From NCBI GenBank assembly GCA_963664305.2, contig CAXXLV010000002.1:192001-256000 (forward strand): DNA of 64,000 nt, written 5' to 3'. The stretch comes from an uncultured Aliarcobacter sp. (GTDB lineage Bacteria; Campylobacterota; Campylobacteria; Campylobacterales; Arcobacteraceae). Shown here piece after piece: positions 59,185 to 64,000 of the stretch. Position numbers and translations under genes: made by a program. The notes under the pieces were generated by a model, which was not told the origin of the DNA, made no database searches, and was given only the letters and a program-made list of their open reading frames with translations. Numbering within the stretch: position 1 is the stretch's first letter; the number at the start of each line of letters is the position of its first letter.

Positions 59185-59598
59185 ATGCAAAATACTATTA
59201 GGTTGATGCGAATATCTTTTGGAATAATTTTTTTATGGTATGGAATATTGAAATTTTTTCCATCATTGAGTCCAGCTGAAGAGTTAGCTACAAAAACGAT
59301 TGATATTATGTTTTTTGGTTTAATAAATGAAACAATTTCAATTAAACTTTTAGCACTTTTAGAAGTAGGAATAGGTCTTGGATTTTTAAGTGGTTATTAT
59401 ACAAAGTTTGTTGTAGCAGTATTTTTAGGTCATATGATTTGCACCTTTGCACCATTATTTATACTTCCAGAGTTATCTTTTACTCATGCACCTTATGCTT
59501 TTACATTAGTTGGTCAGTATATAGTTAAAAATATTGTATTTATTTTAGGTGGAATTCTTATTTATCAAAATGAGTTAGCAAAAGAAACGAGAGACTAA
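59185..59598 (+). CDS. DoxX family membrane protein
   Basis: RISFGIIFLWYGILKF, LEVGIG, GQYIVKN. Confidence 0.8.
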   Translation: MQNTIRLMRISFGIIFLWYGILKFFPSLSPAEELATKTIDIMFFGLINETISIKLLALLEVGIGLGFLSGYYTKFVVAVFLGHMICTFAPLFILPELSFTHAPYAFTLVGQYIVKNIVFILGGILIYQNELAKETRD

Positions 59599-59642
59599 CT
59601 TTATTTAGAGTATACTTTCAAAAAATATTTTTGGAGTTATAA

Positions 59643-59948
59643 ATGAATTATCTTTTACAAGTAGATTTTCCTCATGATGGAATTTTTGGTGAAGAATTTT
59701 CAAAAGCTTTTGTAGATTTAGCAAAAGATATATCAAATGAAGATGGATTACTTTGGAAAATTTGGACTGAAAATGAAGAAACAAAAGAAGCAGGTGGGAT
59801 TTATTTATTTTCAAATGAAGCTGATGCAAAAAGATATTTAGATAAACATACTAAAAGACTTGAATCTTTTGGATATAAAAATATTAGAGGAAAAATTTTT
59901 AAAGTAAGTGAAGAGTTAAGTAAAATTACAAAAGCAAGTTTTTTATAA
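59643..59948 (+). CDS. ydhR: YdhR-family putative monooxygenase
   Basis: LLQVDFP, GLLWKIWTEN, AGGIYLF, HTKRL. Confidence 0.85.
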   Translation: MNYLLQVDFPHDGIFGEEFSKAFVDLAKDISNEDGLLWKIWTENEETKEAGGIYLFSNEADAKRYLDKHTKRLESFGYKNIRGKIFKVSEELSKITKASFL

Positions 59949-59950
59949 AT

Positions 59951-59972
59951 AAAAAGGGCAAAAGCCCTTTTT
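59951..59972. terminator. Bidirectional intrinsic terminator
   Basis: AAAAAGGGC-AAAA-GCCCTTTTT. Confidence 0.8.
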
Positions 59973-60942
59973 AGTCAACTAATAAATTTCTATAAAATTC
60001 TCTATAGTTTGTATCTTTTTCATCTCTAGCTTTCATAGCAGCTCTTGGATGTTCATTTAATTGACCAGTTAACATATATGGAATACTATATCCCCAGTCA
60101 AGTTCTTTTTCAAGTGGAACAATGTACTCTTCAATAAATTTTAATACAGGCATTAATTTATATTTTGGATTTTTTAAGAAACCAATTAAAAGTTCAAGTG
60201 GACAGTTTCCTGCTCCTCTTCCTAAACCAGAAATTGTAACATCAAGGAAACTTGCACCATAAATCATAGATTCTAAAGTGTTTGCATATGCTAATTGAAG
60301 ATTATTATGAGCATGAATTCCAATTTGTTTTCCAGTTTCTTGTGCAACTTTTAAATATTTTTCTGTTAATTTTTTGATTTGTTCAGGATAAAAAGAACCA
60401 AAACTATCAGCTATATAAATAACATCAACAGGTGTTTTTGAAAGTTGTGCTAAAACTTCATCTAACTCATCATCAAAAGATTTTGAAATAGCCATAATAT
60501 TTACAGTAGTTTCATAACCTTTTGCATGTGCATCTTCGATTAATTCAATTGCAGCAGGAATTTGATGAATATATGTTGCAATTCTTATCATATCAACAAC
60601 ACTTTCAGATTTTGGTCTAAGTTCTTCTTTTAAACTTCTTCCAATATCACTCATAACAGCAATTTTCATATTTGTGTTATTTTCACCAACAATTCTTCTA
60701 ATATCTTCTTCTTTACAGAAATTCCAAGGACCATATTCAGCTTCACTCATAATAGTTGGAGATACATTTTTCCCAATTTCCATATAATCAACACCAGCAG
60801 CAACGCAAGTTTCATAATGTGCTTTTACAAATTCATCACTAAAATGGTAATTATTAACTAAACCACCATCTCTAATAGTACAATCAAAAACTTTTATATC
60901 TTCTCTAACTGTCAACATTGAACCTTTTTTTTCAATCATCAT
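59971..60942 (-). CDS. HMGL-like (DRE-TIM) aldolase catalytic domain protein
   Basis: DCTIRDGG, IADSFG, GIHAHNN, GLGRGAGN. Confidence 0.8.
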   Translation of the reverse strand: MMIEKKGSMLTVREDIKVFDCTIRDGGLVNNYHFSDEFVKAHYETCVAAGVDYMEIGKNVSPTIMSEAEYGPWNFCKEEDIRRIVGENNTNMKIAVMSDIGRSLKEELRPKSESVVDMIRIATYIHQIPAAIELIEDAHAKGYETTVNIMAISKSFDDELDEVLAQLSKTPVDVIYIADSFGSFYPEQIKKLTEKYLKVAQETGKQIGIHAHNNLQLAYANTLESMIYGASFLDVTISGLGRGAGNCPLELLIGFLKNPKYKLMPVLKFIEEYIVPLEKELDWGYSIPYMLTGQLNEHPRAAMKARDEKDTNYREFYRNLLVD

Positions 60943-60998
60943 TGTTCCTTGAATTTAATAATTAAATATATAATATCTAAAAGCCACTCAAAATTTTA

Positions 60999-61817
60999 TT
61001 AATAAGATTTTAGGGCTAAAACCTCTTCAATTTTATTATAAGAGTAGAAAGCAAAATCCTTGTTTTTAGCCTTTATTGTATAAACTGCCATTCTATCTGC
61101 AAGTTCATTTCCTTCAATTCCTTTATGACCTCTTACATGAATAATTTCTATTTTAGCTTTTAGTTTTTCGTATAAATAATGAGCTTCTTGGATAAGTTCA
61201 AGGTTTTTTATTTCTCCACCTTTTTTATTCCAGCCATTTTTTTTCCAACCATAAGCCCAAGTAGTAATACAATCTATGGCATATTTTGAATCGGAATAAA
61301 TAGAGATGATATTTTCACTATGCGTTTGTGAAGCTATTGTTAATGCTTGAAATAAAGCATTTAATTCAGCTATATTATTTGTTCCTTCTTCTTCATATGC
61401 TCCATAAAGAAGTACTGGATTTTTTTTATTTGAATAAATTGCAAGTCCACTTCCTGCATTTCCAGGATTTCCACTACAAGCTCCATCACAATAGATTCTT
61501 ATATGTTCAACTTCTTCATCTTCATCATTTTTTGTTTCAGGTTTTTCTTCAGTAGTTGTTGGTGTATAAACTTTTGCTTTTATATTATTGAACTCTAAAA
61601 CCATATGATAGTTTTTTATGATTTGTTCTTGAGCTTTTAGGGAAAAATTTCCTTTTAAAAGCATAAGTAAATTCATATCATTTTTAGATACTTCTTTTTC
61701 TAAAGCTAAATCTTTCCAATTTTCAATGTCAGATACAATTTCTAAAATTTCTAGTTGTTTTTGGTTTAGTGTATTATTATGTGAGATTAGATTTAAAAAA
61801 CTCTCTTCAATTTTCAT
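60999..61817 (-). CDS. rnhA: Ribonuclease HI with N-terminal extension
   Basis: YCDGACSGNPG, TNNIAEL, SDSKY, VRGHKG-x-EGNELAD. Confidence 0.88.
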   Translation of the reverse strand: MKIEESFLNLISHNNTLNQKQLEILEIVSDIENWKDLALEKEVSKNDMNLLMLLKGNFSLKAQEQIIKNYHMVLEFNNIKAKVYTPTTTEEKPETKNDEDEEVEHIRIYCDGACSGNPGNAGSGLAIYSNKKNPVLLYGAYEEEGTNNIAELNALFQALTIASQTHSENIISIYSDSKYAIDCITTWAYGWKKNGWNKKGGEIKNLELIQEAHYLYEKLKAKIEIIHVRGHKGIEGNELADRMAVYTIKAKNKDFAFYSYNKIEEVLALKSY

Positions 61818-62000
61818 TCTTTTTTCTTTACATAGCTTAAATTTAATTATTTGGAAGTATACAAAAAAATATTAAAACAGTTGCTTTTATCAATATTTTG
61901 ATAATTCTTTATTGAAATAATTATTATTTATTTGACTTATATCATGGAAAATAATTTTTTTTCTGATACAATAAATATAAAAAATCATAGGAACATTATC

Positions 62001-64000
62001 ATGCTTTCAAAATTATCAATTAAACAAAAGCTAATTCTCATAATGTTAATTCCTCTAATAGTTGTAATATTATTAGATGCAAAATTAGCAGTAGATTCTT
62101 TCAGTGCATCAAGAAATCTAAAGTCATTAGATAATGTAGTAGAACTTTCTACAAAAATAGGAGCATTAGTTCACGAAACACAAAAAGAACGAGGAATGAC
62201 AGCTGGATTTTTAGGAAGCAAAGGCGAAAAATTTAAAACTGAACTTCCAAATCAAAGAGTTTTAACAGATGAAAAAATATCAGAACTAAATAGTTATTTA
62301 TCATCATTTGATAAAAATTCTTATAGTGAAGATTTTTTAGAAAACTTAAATAGTGGGTTGAAAAAACTTGAAGATATAAATAATATAAGAAGTAATGTAA
62401 GTAATTTATCTATCAACGCTCCTGTAGCAATTGGATACTATACAGAAACTAATAAATTGTTATTAAATGTAATTGGAACAATTACAAAATTATCAAATAA
62501 CGCAGAAATTTCTCAAAAATTAGTTTCATATATGAATTTTTTATTGTCAAAAGAAAGAGCAGGACTTGAAAGAGCAGTTGGAACAAATACATTTGCTAAA
62601 AATGCTTTTGACTTAGAGTTAAAAACGAAGTTTTATACTTTGGTTGCAGAACAAAATGCATATATGGATTCATTTGTAAAAGTTAGTACAAAAGATGTAA
62701 TAGATTTTTATAAAACTACAATGCAAGATAATTCTGTAGAAGAAGTAGAAAAAATGAGAAAAATTGCTTTATTTAGTGGTAAAGATTCTGATTTTAATGT
62801 TGATGCAAATTATTGGTTTAAAACAATTACAGACAAAATCAATTTATTAAAAAAAGTAGAGAATTATCTTTCTGAAACTTTGACTACAACTATTGATAAA
62901 GAGTTAAGTATAGCAAATCAAAATATGTTAATTTTTGGAATTTTAAGTGCTTTTGGAATTGCTTTAACTATGATTTTAGCAAGAACTATTGCATTTACAA
63001 TTTTAATTGATGTTGATTCTGTAAAAAAAGGAGTTGAAAATTTCTTTGCGTTTATAAATTTTGAAAAAGATGATATAGAACTAATCAAAGTTCATTCAGA
63101 CGATGAACTTGGAATGATGTCAAGAATTATAAATAAAAATATAGAAGAAACAAAAGCTAATATTCAAAAAGATAGAGCATTAATTGCTGATACAATTAGA
63201 GTAACAAATTTAATTAATAAAGGGCATTTAAACGCAAAAATTGAACTTGGTTCTAATAACCCATCTTTAAATGAATTAAAAAATATTATCAATCAAATGT
63301 TAGAAACTTTAAATACAAATGTATCAAATATTTTAAAAGTTTTAACATCATATTCAAAACTAGACTTTAGACCAAAATTAGCAGAAAATGACCTTGAAGG
63401 AATTATTCAAGAGTTAGAAAAAGATGTAAATATTTTAGGAGAAGTTATTACTCAAACATTACTAGAGAATAAAAGAATAGGAATGGTTCTAAGTAATAAT
63501 GCAAATATCCTAAGTAAAAATATGCAAGGTATTGCAACTGCTGCAAACTCTCAAGCAGCTTCACTAGAAGAAACAGCAGCTTCACTTGAAGAAATTACTT
63601 CAAATATTACAAATAACAATCAAACAACAATAAGAATGGCAAATTTTGGAAATAAAGTAAAAGAATCAATTTCTGTAGGTCAAAGTCTTGCAAATAAAAC
63701 AGTTGTTTCTATGGAAGAAATAAACACACAAACAACAGCAATTACAGAAGCAATTACAGTAATTGACCAAATAGCATTCCAAACAAATATTCTTTCTTTA
63801 AATGCAGCCGTTGAAGCAGCAACTGCTGGAGAAGCTGGAAAAGGATTTGCAGTTGTTGCTGGAGAAGTTAGAACCCTAGCTAGTAGAAGTGCAGAAGCAG
63901 CAAAACAAATTAAAGATTTAGTTGAAAATGCTCAAAGAAAAACTCAAGAAGGTAAAGATATCGCTGCTGATATGATAGAAGGATTTAGTGATTTAAATAA
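62001..64000 (+). CDS. Methyl-accepting chemotaxis protein with NIT sensor domain, 3'-truncated (not in the ORF track)
   Basis: [22 protein letters not shown] and [12 protein letters not shown] motifs; [33 protein letters not shown] signalling hairpin. Confidence 0.9.
   Translation, partial: MLSKLSIKQKLILIMLIPLIVVILLDAKLAVDSFSASRNLKSLDNVVELSTKIGALVHETQKERGMTAGFLGSKGEKFKTELPNQRVLTDEKISELNSYLSSFDKNSYSEDFLENLNSGLKKLEDINNIRSNVSNLSINAPVAIGYYTETNKLLLNVIGTITKLSNNAEISQKLVSYMNFLLSKERAGLERAVGTNTFAKNAFDLELKTKFYTLVAEQNAYMDSFVKVSTKDVIDFYKTTMQDNSVEEVEKMRKIALFSGKDSDFNVDANYWFKTITDKINLLKKVENYLSETLTTTIDKELSIANQNMLIFGILSAFGIALTMILARTIAFTILIDVDSVKKGVENFFAFINFEKDDIELIKVHSDDELGMMSRIINKNIEETKANIQKDRALIADTIRVTNLINKGHLNAKIELGSNNPSLNELKNIINQMLETLNTNVSNILKVLTSYSKLDFRPKLAENDLEGIIQELEKDVNILGEVITQTLLENKRIGMVLSNNANILSKNMQGIATAANSQAASLEETAASLEEITSNITNNNQTTIRMANFGNKVKESISVGQSLANKTVVSMEEINTQTTAITEAITVIDQIAFQTNILSLNAAVEAATAGEAGKGFAVVAGEVRTLASRSAEAAKQIKDLVENAQRKTQEGKDIAADMIEGFSDLN

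Noticed and set aside
4297..61555. Many short antisense or out-of-frame ORFs in the track (for example 4297-4503, 19460-19984, 21917-22288, 25151-25516, 46464-46769)
   Set aside because: They overlap well-supported genes and have shadow-frame composition with no motifs.
1..64000. CRISPR array, IS element, prophage or rRNA
   Set aside because: No regularly spaced repeats, transposase, phage structural genes or rRNA-like stretch were seen; intergenic gaps are short.

Overview
A 64 kb AT-rich chromosomal segment, most likely from an Arcobacter/Aliarcobacter-type Campylobacterota. This assignment is inferred from composition, gene content and the many 'AHQWRQPL'-type kinases. The centrepiece is a selenium/formate region (about 29-50 kb). 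It contains selB-selA, tRNA-Sec (selC), a selenocysteine-containing selD, and a selenocysteine-containing fdhABC-fdhD cluster. The ORF track truncates or splits both selenoproteins at their in-frame UGA codons. Also present: a four-tRNA cluster (Gln, Tyr, Phe, Leu), many c-di-GMP and two-component signalling genes, an autotransporter with a two-component pair, fccAB sulfide dehydrogenase, housekeeping genes (pxpBC, dbpA, ppiC, pdxH, dinB, rnhA) and a truncated NIT-domain chemoreceptor. I saw no CRISPR array, IS element or intact prophage. The best candidates for uncharacterised biology are four. (i) A Tat-exported transglutaminase-MerT-MerP-like operon with no merA/merR, divergent from selD and preceded by a structured leader holding an ATG-GTT-TGA mini-ORF. 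(ii) A GH18-like TIM-barrel plus large helical protein pair. (iii) A tandem-CxLGxF protein plus divergent cysteine-desulfurase module after fdhD. (iv) An HD-domain dNTPase-like gene that appears to start at ATA. All functional calls come from motif recognition by eye; no searches were run.
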